Source: a virus (Duplodnaviria; Caudoviricetes). From it: 54,698 nt of DNA. Location: positions 1 to 54,698 of the IMG/VR virus record IMGVR_UViG_3300032334_000224. The stretch is one strand, 5' to 3'. Below the pieces are notes generated by a model, which was not told the DNA's origin, searched no databases, and worked only from the letters and a program-made list of their open reading frames with translations. Positions 35,178 to 43,473 of this stretch are shown here, piece by piece. The position numbers and the translations under genes are program-made. Within the stretch, counting starts at the first letter, position 1, and each line of letters opens with the position of its first letter.

Positions 35178-35345
35178 GGTACTTTGCTAGTGCTAACTGT
35201 CTAGCTAGCCACAATCTAAATCTCACATAATCTGACAATACATCTTCGTGTACTATCTTGCCAAACTCTCTGCTTCTTAGATTGCGACCAAATGTGACTT
35301 CGTCGTCGACAACGTAGTCATCATTATCGTCGAGACCTAAATTAC
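35161..35345 (-). CDS. protein-like reading frame without a nearby canonical start
   Basis: Acidic stretch followed by LSDYVRFRLWLARQLALAKY helix; lies in the +1 frame of the upstream gene. Confidence 0.45.
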
Positions 35346-35563
35346 TTTGCTGCTGGAGTTGCGGCCTTTGTGGATTCGGCTGCTGCTTTAGGTGCGTCTT
35401 TCTTAGCACTGTCGCTTTTTGCAGGCTTTTTCTCGTCCTTCTTAACTTCTGCCTTAGCTGGTGCGCTTGCAGCTGGTGTTGGAGTTGCAGGAGCCTTAGC
35501 TGGTTCTGCAGCGAAAGCTGACAATGCAAAAGCTGATACGATGATTGCGATTACTGATTTCAT
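35342..35563 (-). CDS. secreted Ala/Lys/Pro-rich protein (acid-shock-protein-like)
   Basis: AAGGA SD; signal peptide ending AFA; low complexity. Confidence 0.8.
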   Translation of the reverse strand: MKSVIAIIVSAFALSAFAAEPAKAPATPTPAASAPAKAEVKKDEKKPAKSDSAKKDAPKAAAESTKAATPAAK

Positions 35564-35670
35564 TTTAAAGTTTCCTTTATGTTGTTGTACGCAAAGAATC
35601 TTCCCTGCGTATATATATAACGCTCTAGTAAGACTAAAAGTTTACAACAAAGTTTAATTTCATTTGTCCA

Positions 35671-35693
35671 AAAGAAAGGGCACCTAAGTGCCC
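35671..35693 (-). terminator. intrinsic terminator
   Basis: GGGCAC-N4-GTGCCC followed by TTTCTTTT on the - strand. Confidence 0.75.
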
Positions 35694-35737
35694 AATCTAA
35701 CGAGTGCTTAATCCACTCTAACCGCAACGAACAATCT

Positions 35738-37486
35738 TTACATGCCTGATAATTCTTTAATACGAGCTAATTCTGCTAGTTCTGGATTTTGGTTGGTGCT
35801 TTGTTGTGGTGCCATTCTTTCTACCATTTTGCGAGCAACGTGTTCTGCACGTTCTCCAAACTTCTTACCTACCATTAATGCAACGCCTTCTGGACCTTTA
35901 GGGAATGTGCCTGACTCTTTGTCATAGAATGAATGAATAAACTCTGCAAGTTCTTGTACATTCATGCTGCTGTGGCCTTCTCTGCCTTCTTCGTTATCAT
36001 CACTTTGTGTAACTGGTTCTTCAGCCGGTGCTTCTTGTGCTGCTGGTTCTTCAGCCGGTGCTTCTTGTTCTGCACCTTGTGCATTAGGATCAAAATCACC
36101 AAAGTCTAGTTGTTCTAATGCTTCTGGAGCATATAGTTCTAACCAACCTTGAATCAGTCCACGTACATCGACGTTTTCATCTTCTTTTGATTGTGCTTTG
36201 ATTTGCTGTTGTAGTTGCGGATCATCGATAATGCCTTTGAGACTTTCAATGGCGTTGCTGCCATCTACACCTGCTGGAAATGCTTGGCCTACTAACTGTT
36301 GTAAGTTTTGTATTACAGCCTGTTGCTCATCTGGATCTTGACTTTGTATTGCACTTTCTTCGCCTAGTCCCATTACCCAAGATTCGAATCTGTCGAACTC
36401 GTCTTGATTCTCAATAATTTCTAGGTCTTGTGTTGTATCTTCTTGTTCTGATGTCATGTCGACTATGTCGTTGTTGCCTATTTCGTTTTCTTTCATTAGG
36501 CGATATAGTACAGGGAATACTGATGCAATGTCTTCTTTAAAGTTACGTACTGTAAATTTTTCTGTGAAATCTTCTACTACTTCTTGTGGAACTTCTAATG
36601 GTGATTGAGCTGCGAACGATTCTTTATAAGCCTCATAGTGACTTTGTTTTGAAAGAGCCTTGATCTGTTCACGCAATCTGTTTAGTGCTTCAGAGCTGCG
36701 TTCTACGATGTTATTTGTTTCTGAGTTCATTAGATCGTTACGAACAACATAGTTGCCAAAGCTTCTTAGTTGTGCAATCTCTTCACTCATCTTGATAATG
36801 CTTTCACCGACGGAGTCGTATGGTTTGCCACCGTTGGCAACGTGACGTTGCATAGCACGAGCACCTGCTAGATGAATGAAAGGATATTTAAATCTTTCAC
36901 CGTCTGCGTTTTCTACAAACAAGCCTGAAATGTTGCGGCTTCTTGCGCCAGGTGCCATGTCATCTGCTAATGCTTGACTATGCTTGATAATCAATCTTGT
37001 GTCCATTAGCTTTTGATAGCTCATGGTCTTTGAGCCATATAAGCTGCTTTCACTCATAATACTTTCTCCGACGGGGTTATTGATAGTACTTGCTGTATCT
37101 TGTTTAGGTTGAGAATTCTGTGATAAAAACTCGAAGTCACGCTTGTCTAAATTGTCTTTAGAGATATCGCGTGTATCAAAGTTTAACAGTCTGCGCTTGG
37201 CAAAGAATCTCAACTCTTTCAAAAAGCCGTACCAGTTATCTTTTTGGCTGTCATCCATTGCTTCCGTTATGCCGTGACTGAAATACACTTTCATAGAGTT
37301 AGGTTCTGCTAGGCTAATGCTAACATGTCCAACTGGTGTTTGGCCTTCCATATAATCAAAATCAAAGAATCTTGCTTCTTCAGGATTGATTGTGATTTGC
37401 CCAGTTTCAGCGCCTAGCTTTAGACCAGTGAAACGGCTTCTAATTTTATAGAATAAATCGGTTGCGATGTTGTTTGTTGCGTCCAT
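35738..37486 (-). CDS. putative head/core structural protein
   Basis: TAAATA-N5-ATG; next to terminase; acidic C-terminal half; GERF.YPF.HL.GARAM.RHV. Confidence 0.7.
   Translation of the reverse strand: MDATNNIATDLFYKIRSRFTGLKLGAETGQITINPEEARFFDFDYMEGQTPVGHVSISLAEPNSMKVYFSHGITEAMDDSQKDNWYGFLKELRFFAKRRLLNFDTRDISKDNLDKRDFEFLSQNSQPKQDTASTINNPVGESIMSESSLYGSKTMSYQKLMDTRLIIKHSQALADDMAPGARSRNISGLFVENADGERFKYPFIHLAGARAMQRHVANGGKPYDSVGESIIKMSEEIAQLRSFGNYVVRNDLMNSETNNIVERSSEALNRLREQIKALSKQSHYEAYKESFAAQSPLEVPQEVVEDFTEKFTVRNFKEDIASVFPVLYRLMKENEIGNNDIVDMTSEQEDTTQDLEIIENQDEFDRFESWVMGLGEESAIQSQDPDEQQAVIQNLQQLVGQAFPAGVDGSNAIESLKGIIDDPQLQQQIKAQSKEDENVDVRGLIQGWLELYAPEALEQLDFGDFDPNAQGAEQEAPAEEPAAQEAPAEEPVTQSDDNEEGREGHSSMNVQELAEFIHSFYDKESGTFPKGPEGVALMVGKKFGERAEHVARKMVERMAPQQSTNQNPELAELARIKELSGM
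36013..36068. repeat. 26-bp perfect direct repeat, 30-bp period
   Basis: CTGGTTCTTCAGCCGGTGCTTCTTGT twice; encodes QEAPAEEP twice. Confidence 0.9.
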
Positions 37487-37497
37487 AGTTATATTTA

Positions 37498-39084
37498 TCA
37501 AAAGCCGCTGCTTACAAAGATCGGCAAGGGCATCTGTTCCTCTGTGAGTTTTTCAGTCATTTTATCGTAGATCTTAGGATCCCAGTCTGCTAGTACGCCT
37601 GCCATGCGTACAACCAGCAGCGTAGAGCTTACTAGATCGTCATGCTCGCCGGTTTTAGCACCAAAGCCGACGCCATGTGCTACAAAAGTTTTTAGTTCGG
37701 AAATCAGTGCTTTTGAGTTGATTTTCATTTTCTTGGTTTCAATCATGTTTTTCAACTGACTACAAGTTGCGATTTTAGTACGGTGAGTTGTGTTAAATCC
37801 CTTTCGGAACTTGCGCATATGCCCTCTACGGATAGGTTCGCTTAGGAATAATCCATGGAAGTTTTCTTCACCTAAATCACTGATAACAATCAATGCTGCT
37901 TCGCCAAGTGTGTTGTTTTCAACAGTATAATACAGTTGAGGAGTGCCGCCTTTTTCCACACCGCGATCATTGATATATTTTAATATCTCTCGCATATGCT
38001 TGACTTGTGCTTGGATAGGAGTTAAGTTATGTCTCCACTCTGCTACCTGTATCATACTGGGCATTTCGTAGACCTGTATAGCACCGTAATCTCCGCCGGT
38101 ACCTAGGCTAGGATCTAATGCTATAAGATATGTGGCTTTGGGATCGATGTCTTTGTACCAACGTGTTTGTCCCATTGTCATCACAGGATCTATACCCTGC
38201 ATTTCTGCTAACTTGACAGCGTTGATCAGTGTTTCGTCAAAAATCAAGAACTCGCAGTCAAATTCTCGACGGAAGCGTTCTTCACCGATTTTTGCACGTT
38301 CTGTTTGTGCCCATTTCTCATCACGATCTGGATGTTCTGCCCAGTGTGCGAAGTATGGGAAGAATCCGTTTACACCTAGTTTTGTTTCGTTGCCGTATTC
38401 GTCAAACTTGTTGTTGGCTTCAGTCCAAATCATAGCAAACTGATCTTCGTCTGAGTTTGGTGTTGATGTAATAATAGCACGACCACCTGTTGACAATGTT
38501 GGTGATAGCGCAGTCCAGAACTCTTTGGCTTTTTCTGGTGGTTGCACGAATGCAAACTCATCACAGTAGATCAATGAAAGAGATTTACCACGTCCTGTGT
38601 TTTCTGTAGTTGTTGTTGCCTGTATACGGGCACCGTTATCATATTCGATGGTATTACGGTTATAGCTGATAACACCTGCACGGATAAAGTCGGGTAAGTT
38701 TTCATAACCGTAACGATAGCGGTTCATAATATCCTGCGCACCTTCATACTTGTGAGCAGCGATCAATACCTGTGCTTCCGGAACAAACATAGTGAACCAT
38801 AACAGGTATCCGCAGGCGCAGGTGGTCTTACCCATCTGACGTGGCAACATTGCAATCACGTCTTTGTGATCGTTGTATGCTTCAATTAAGCGTACTTGAT
38901 ATTCGTAAGGTTCAAACTTAATAGCACCGCGGACTGGGTGCTGTATCATTAAAAAGTTACGCATGAAATACAAGGGTCCTGTAACAGGATCCATACATGC
39001 TTCTAGATGTTTTACTTCTTCAAGGGTATAACGTTCGGGCTTGTGAGCCTTCTTGATTAATACGCCGTCTAGTGATTTTGCCAT
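37498..39084 (-). CDS. terL: terminase large subunit (gp17-like)
   Basis: PRQMGKT, CDEFAF, TSTPN, ALDPS.G.GGD, HDDLV. Confidence 0.97.
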   Translation of the reverse strand: MAKSLDGVLIKKAHKPERYTLEEVKHLEACMDPVTGPLYFMRNFLMIQHPVRGAIKFEPYEYQVRLIEAYNDHKDVIAMLPRQMGKTTCACGYLLWFTMFVPEAQVLIAAHKYEGAQDIMNRYRYGYENLPDFIRAGVISYNRNTIEYDNGARIQATTTTENTGRGKSLSLIYCDEFAFVQPPEKAKEFWTALSPTLSTGGRAIITSTPNSDEDQFAMIWTEANNKFDEYGNETKLGVNGFFPYFAHWAEHPDRDEKWAQTERAKIGEERFRREFDCEFLIFDETLINAVKLAEMQGIDPVMTMGQTRWYKDIDPKATYLIALDPSLGTGGDYGAIQVYEMPSMIQVAEWRHNLTPIQAQVKHMREILKYINDRGVEKGGTPQLYYTVENNTLGEAALIVISDLGEENFHGLFLSEPIRRGHMRKFRKGFNTTHRTKIATCSQLKNMIETKKMKINSKALISELKTFVAHGVGFGAKTGEHDDLVSSTLLVVRMAGVLADWDPKIYDKMTEKLTEEQMPLPIFVSSGF

Positions 39085-39097
39085 ACTTTATTTAATG

Positions 39098-39125
39098 AAA
39101 AAAATAGGCTCCGTGGAGCCTATTT
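39098..39125 (-). terminator. intrinsic terminator
   Basis: AAATAGGCTC-N4-GAGCCTATTT plus a T run on the - strand. Confidence 0.85.
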
Positions 39126-39142
39126 GGTTTTTCTGTTTATTA

Positions 39143-39823
39143 TTATTTTGCTTTAGCTTCAGCAAGTCTTCTGCCTAGTTCAGCTTTGATCATAGCACGT
39201 AGATCGCTTTCTGGCATTGCCATAGGGTTGTCGCCTTGTCGATAGCTGTGTTTTGTCATTTGCTTTGGCTTGTTTAGATCATTACCATCTGGGATAGCAG
39301 CTTTGATCCCGTAGGTTTCTGGACCAGGAGCACCTGTTGGAGCATTGCCAAATCCTTCGTCTTCTTTCTCTGCTTTGTGATCATCCATATCGTGATCGCC
39401 ATCACCGTCTACGTCTCCCATAGCTTTCTGGATAGAGTCAACAGAGTTATCGCCATCACCGTCACCACCGATGTCAATCTCCATTCCGCCTTCTGGTTCT
39501 GTGTCTAGAGGAAGCATTTTTAGAGGAGGTAGCGATGGTTTAATGCTAGCGATACTTGGCTCGGCGGAAATACCATGCAATGGTTCAGACTTTTGATTAA
39601 TCATATCTGGATTAACCTTTGTCAATAGCTTCATTAACTCAGCAATATCATCCATGCCTTGTGCATTGATGTTAACACTCATTGATGGAGGAGGAGTGTC
39701 TGGTTTGTGATCCATGCCCATTGGACTTGGCATTCCCATTGGTTCACCGCACTCTTCAATAGATGCTTCTTGAACCGGGGCATCCAGTTCTCTCATTTTT
39801 GACATTAGATCTTGAAAATTCAT
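39143..39823 (-). CDS. acidic low-complexity head/scaffold-like protein
   Basis: DVDGDGDHD motif; co-transcribed with the 40387 gene. Confidence 0.6.
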   Translation of the reverse strand: MNFQDLMSKMRELDAPVQEASIEECGEPMGMPSPMGMDHKPDTPPPSMSVNINAQGMDDIAELMKLLTKVNPDMINQKSEPLHGISAEPSIASIKPSLPPLKMLPLDTEPEGGMEIDIGGDGDGDNSVDSIQKAMGDVDGDGDHDMDDHKAEKEDEGFGNAPTGAPGPETYGIKAAIPDGNDLNKPKQMTKHSYRQGDNPMAMPESDLRAMIKAELGRRLAEAKAK

Positions 39824-39826
39824 TTA

Positions 39827-40387
39827 TTAACTCCCTACAGGGCTTTTAGCACCGTTTTTATCTTGTTTATTTTTTGACATCTTGTATTCTGCGCCCATGC
39901 CGTCTTTCTTACGTTGCTTGGCCGTTTTCTCTAAATCTTTTAAGAAACCTTTGTTGAAATCAGCACCAAAGTAATCTTTGTGCTTGACTTTGGTATTACC
40001 TGCGTCTAACTCTTTTTCACTTAGCAGTGCTTCACCGCTGGGCTCGTCTTCAGCAGTTGGTTCTTCAGTTGGTTCACCGCTTCCACGTACACGGAAACAG
40101 GCTTCATCTAATCCCATCTCTTTAACTATCAATGCGATCTGAGGAGATGTTGTTGGATATTCGCAAATCACTTCAAAAATTGTAACTTCACAATTTTTCA
40201 TTTGAGGGAAGTCTAGCGGAGATTCTTGTATAGGCGTTGTACTGAGCTTTTCAAGCTTCATAACTCCACAGCAATCAAGCTGTGTTTTTAACTGCTTTTG
40301 AAAGTTCTCAGGTAACTCGCCGGCAACTTTGACCTTGAAGCTATAGACTTTTTTGCTTTCGGTAAGATAATCTTTAAAAGTTTTCAT
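39827..40387 (-). CDS. putative internal head protein
   Basis: MKTFKDYLTE resembles the T4 capsid-targeting sequence; TAAATA-N5-ATG. Confidence 0.7.
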   Translation of the reverse strand: MKTFKDYLTESKKVYSFKVKVAGELPENFQKQLKTQLDCCGVMKLEKLSTTPIQESPLDFPQMKNCEVTIFEVICEYPTTSPQIALIVKEMGLDEACFRVRGSGEPTEEPTAEDEPSGEALLSEKELDAGNTKVKHKDYFGADFNKGFLKDLEKTAKQRKKDGMGAEYKMSKNKQDKNGAKSPVGS

Positions 40388-40395
40388 AGTAATAT

Positions 40396-40875
40396 TTAGC
40401 TCTTTTGACCTAGTTTCTTGAGTAGCTCGTTACGGTCAGTGATCACGTAGCCAACACCGTTAAGTACATCATTTGGATCTTCCGGTGAATCTTTATCCAT
40501 TTTTAACTTCTTAAGTTGTAGATCTACAGCTTTTAGTTTTTTATCAATTTTAGCAGTTTTGGCACTGATAGCGTTGCTCATCATGCTGGCAGCTACTTCA
40601 AAAATACGTCCGCTGTATCGTACTTCTACATTCATTCCTAGATCCATAAGATCATCATAGGCTTTTTCTGCTTTGTCAGCTAGATTATCCAGTTCCGAGT
40701 CGTCGATGTTGTCAAGCTCTTGAATCTGCGGCAATCCGCGGGTGATTTCCTGTACCGCTTGTAGACTTTTTTCTAGATTGTTAATCTCTTCGTGCGTGGG
40801 TTTTTCAACCGGAGCAATCTCGGGTGTGCTGTTAGCTTCTTCTAAGTTAAAAAGTTCTTCTAATTTTTTAGTCAT
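40396..40875 (-). CDS. putative terminase small subunit
   Basis: Helical R.FEV...M pattern, C-terminal V.TDRNELL, near terL. Confidence 0.6.
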   Translation of the reverse strand: MTKKLEELFNLEEANSTPEIAPVEKPTHEEINNLEKSLQAVQEITRGLPQIQELDNIDDSELDNLADKAEKAYDDLMDLGMNVEVRYSGRIFEVAASMMSNAISAKTAKIDKKLKAVDLQLKKLKMDKDSPEDPNDVLNGVGYVITDRNELLKKLGQKS

Positions 40876-40882
40876 ACTTTAC

Positions 40883-41323
40883 TTATTTCCGTTTGCCACC
40901 TTGATGGAAAATATCGCCTTCATTTACTATGCGAAATTTTAATCCCTGCTGCTTGCACCAAGCAGTAGCAGCTTCCCATTTTGCCATATTTTTAACATAC
41001 TGTTCTTGATTGTATCTACTTTTGCCTACTTTTTCTAAGATAGTTTGGCTTTCAGGTTTTATCTCTACTACCTCTGCATGTTTCCCACCATTCTTATCAT
41101 TGTAGACAATAAAGAAATCAGGAACATAAATCGTGTATTTTCCAGTTAGTGGATCTCTATATGGAATCTGTATACTTTCACTGGCCCATTTTTCAACACC
41201 TTGATGCTCGTCTAGCATTCTCATAAACACAAACTCCCAACTGCTGCGAGCCAACGGAGTTTTTTTCCCAACATATTTGTCAGGATTCTTCATGTCAAAT
41301 CGACCTTGTGCAAAGTTAGGCAT
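40883..41323 (-). CDS. head completion nuclease (T4 gp4/TnsA-like)
   Basis: RSSWE, WASE..IPY, Y.PDF, EIKP, N.AKW.AA. Confidence 0.9.
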   Translation of the reverse strand: MPNFAQGRFDMKNPDKYVGKKTPLARSSWEFVFMRMLDEHQGVEKWASESIQIPYRDPLTGKYTIYVPDFFIVYNDKNGGKHAEVVEIKPESQTILEKVGKSRYNQEQYVKNMAKWEAATAWCKQQGLKFRIVNEGDIFHQGGKRK

Positions 41324-41688
41324 TATGGATCAACGTGTCTATTTTGATTAGTGACTATGTTCTTGGTTCTAAACCCTAGTGTCGACGTCGGAGTTCTGTT
41401 GTTGTTTAATATTTCTCCAACCAGCTGGCTCATTTGCATGCCTGTGAAATCTTTTAATGTGTCGAGTATTTGGGCTACAGGTGTTCCATCTATCTTTGCC
41501 TGCTTTAATAAAGTAGCTGTAACTACTAATGCAGCATCTTTGTCGAATCCTTTCTTTTCAAAGAAGCTTACAGTAAAGCTATAATCATTAGCATTAAACT
41601 CTAAGGGTGCTGAACCATAGCTATCGAAAAATAGTTTAGTCGCTGCACCACTATCAGTTTGTTCGGTTATAGGAAGATTAGTTGCCAT
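41323..41688 (-). CDS. hypothetical structural protein
   Basis: Located in the tail/head operon. Confidence 0.7.
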   Translation of the reverse strand: MATNLPITEQTDSGAATKLFFDSYGSAPLEFNANDYSFTVSFFEKKGFDKDAALVVTATLLKQAKIDGTPVAQILDTLKDFTGMQMSQLVGEILNNNRTPTSTLGFRTKNIVTNQNRHVDP

Positions 41689-41691
41689 GCT

Positions 41692-42765
41692 TTAACCTAT
41701 CATTGTTTTTTGACTTGCGGGAGTGGTGTCTTGATTTGCTTTACTCTTAGGAAAGACCGCTCCTACTATCCCACCTACTGTAGAAATAGCTCCCGAGATA
41801 TTTCCAGGATTCGTTAAGATATTAACTGCTTCATTTTTTAGTTGATCTTTGGTTAGGCCTTTGAAGTTCTTATAGGTATTAATGGTCTTGATAGCAGTAC
41901 CGAGGAATCCACCAAAGCTGCCAAATGTTGCGCCGGATCCCACATCACCAAATATCTGTTCTAGGCCATCTAATACGCCGCCATCACCGGTAAGAGTAGC
42001 GACTCCGCCGCCTGCAACACTTAGTGGACTAGACACAGTATCATAATGTAACATGGCAAATCCTTTTGGACTATTGATTCTTACATTGCCTGCAGAATAT
42101 TGAACTGCTTCATATTCTAATGTCATTGTACTTTCGATAAAGTCACCTTCGGCATAGGCAACTGAACCGTGTTGCCATGATTTGATTCTAGGATTTATCA
42201 ATGTATACCCTAAGAAGCGTCTGCGGCTCATAGTATAGATTGATATCGATTTAAAGAAATCTACACTCTTGTCGTTGTCCATACCGTATCTAAATAGGTC
42301 TTTCTTTGTGTCAGTTGGTCTTAAATGATTTGCTTCAAACCCAGCTGATGGAACATGTCTATCAGAAACATAATAGCCATAATAAAGAGCCCACATCGCG
42401 TTAACAATACCGGCACTATCATCATGCATGGTAATATTAACATCATCATATTTGATTGATTTGTATAATAATTTTTTTCTATTATATTGATTTTTTACAA
42501 CACTTTCAAAACTAAACTTAGGAAGGTCTGCTGATTTGACTAACATACCAACTTCGTCTTTGTGCTTCTGTTGCCATTCTGCTGATTGTATTGCCGCAGG
42601 ATCTATTTCAAATCTTACATAGAAAAGAAACTTAGATCTCGGAGCGAGTCTAAATGTATCATCGACGAACATGCGGGTTGCATGTTGGAAGTTGGCGACA
42701 ATGCCCTTGGGCCGTGTTAACCCATTGACAGCACCATTTAAAAATCGAGTAAAGAAGTTGGCCAT
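41692..42765 (-). CDS. tail tube-like baseplate protein (gp54/gp48-like)
   Basis: LVKS.DLP, NQYNR, I.MHDD tube-fold pattern. Confidence 0.7.
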   Translation of the reverse strand: MANFFTRFLNGAVNGLTRPKGIVANFQHATRMFVDDTFRLAPRSKFLFYVRFEIDPAAIQSAEWQQKHKDEVGMLVKSADLPKFSFESVVKNQYNRKKLLYKSIKYDDVNITMHDDSAGIVNAMWALYYGYYVSDRHVPSAGFEANHLRPTDTKKDLFRYGMDNDKSVDFFKSISIYTMSRRRFLGYTLINPRIKSWQHGSVAYAEGDFIESTMTLEYEAVQYSAGNVRINSPKGFAMLHYDTVSSPLSVAGGGVATLTGDGGVLDGLEQIFGDVGSGATFGSFGGFLGTAIKTINTYKNFKGLTKDQLKNEAVNILTNPGNISGAISTVGGIVGAVFPKSKANQDTTPASQKTMIG

Positions 42766-42782
42766 AATAATATTTATGTCAC

Positions 42783-42806
42783 AAAAAAACCCGAGTAAAA
42801 CTCGGG
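42783..42806 (-). terminator. intrinsic terminator after the tail tube gene
   Basis: CCCGAGT-N3-ACTCGGG plus T7 on the - strand. Confidence 0.85.
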
Positions 42807-42829
42807 CTTTCTTGATGTTTGCTTATTGA

Positions 42830-43471
42830 TTAAGCTGTTTGTGTACCAGCACCTGTTACAGTTGTACCAAGTGTACGGCCTACTGCTGCACCAATACCAC
42901 CTGCAATACTTGTTGTGGAAGCGCCTGCTGCCCACTGTTCCATATTATCAAAGCGGATTGTTAGAGCAACTGTTGCTGCTTCGTTTGTACCGTAGTTCAA
43001 ATCACCGTAGTCTGCGTTCTGTACAAAACAACCATAGCAGTTGATTGTTTCAAGAACGTTTGGAGCTAGAGCAGCATTGCCGCCGTCTAGAACTTCGATA
43101 CGTGTTGTAAACTTGTAATCGATACCTGAACGTGCAGAAGCCTGTTCCATGAAGTCGAACTGTTTCTGAATCTGTTGACCAACTAGCTTCTGTACTTCAC
43201 CACTTGCGTCATCACGCAATGTTAGTGTAATAGCTTCGAAGCTTGGCTTACCAGCTAGGTATACTTTGCTGTTGTAGATATCTAATGTCATTTCTTCAAA
43301 TGAAACTTTAGGTCTAGTAACATCAGAAACCTGTTTAGTAAGTTCAGTTGCTGCTGTAACGCCAAAGTTGATAAGTGTCACTCTAAAGCGATACTTTAGC
43401 TTTGGCATCAACAATACTTGTTGGCCGTTGGCTGTCGGTACTGTAAAGTTATTTAACGAGGTAATAGCCAT
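42830..43471 (-). CDS. tail tube protein (gp19-like)
   Basis: Follows the sheath; PKL.YRFRV, YLAGK, LRDD, GCF..YGDLNY. Confidence 0.88.
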   Translation of the reverse strand: MAITSLNNFTVPTANGQQVLLMPKLKYRFRVTLINFGVTAATELTKQVSDVTRPKVSFEEMTLDIYNSKVYLAGKPSFEAITLTLRDDASGEVQKLVGQQIQKQFDFMEQASARSGIDYKFTTRIEVLDGGNAALAPNVLETINCYGCFVQNADYGDLNYGTNEAATVALTIRFDNMEQWAAGASTTSIAGGIGAAVGRTLGTTVTGAGTQTA

Positions 43472-43473
43472 TT

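Noticed and set aside
35346-35529. Gln/Leu-rich N-terminal part of the 122-aa ORF as a genuine overlapping gene
   Set aside because: It is the +1 reading of Ala/Pro/Lys codons, which rarely produces stops. Only the downstream tail looks protein-like.
36013-36068. 26-bp direct repeat as an att site or regulatory element
   Set aside because: It is an in-frame duplication in a disordered linker.
8961-39084. Inteins or introns in helicase, UvsW, UvsX or terminase
   Set aside because: All have normal lengths and contiguous motifs.
40883-41323. TnsA-like nuclease as evidence of a Tn7 element
   Set aside because: No tnsB/tnsC or transposon ends; the motifs and context fit the T4 gp4 head-completion protein.
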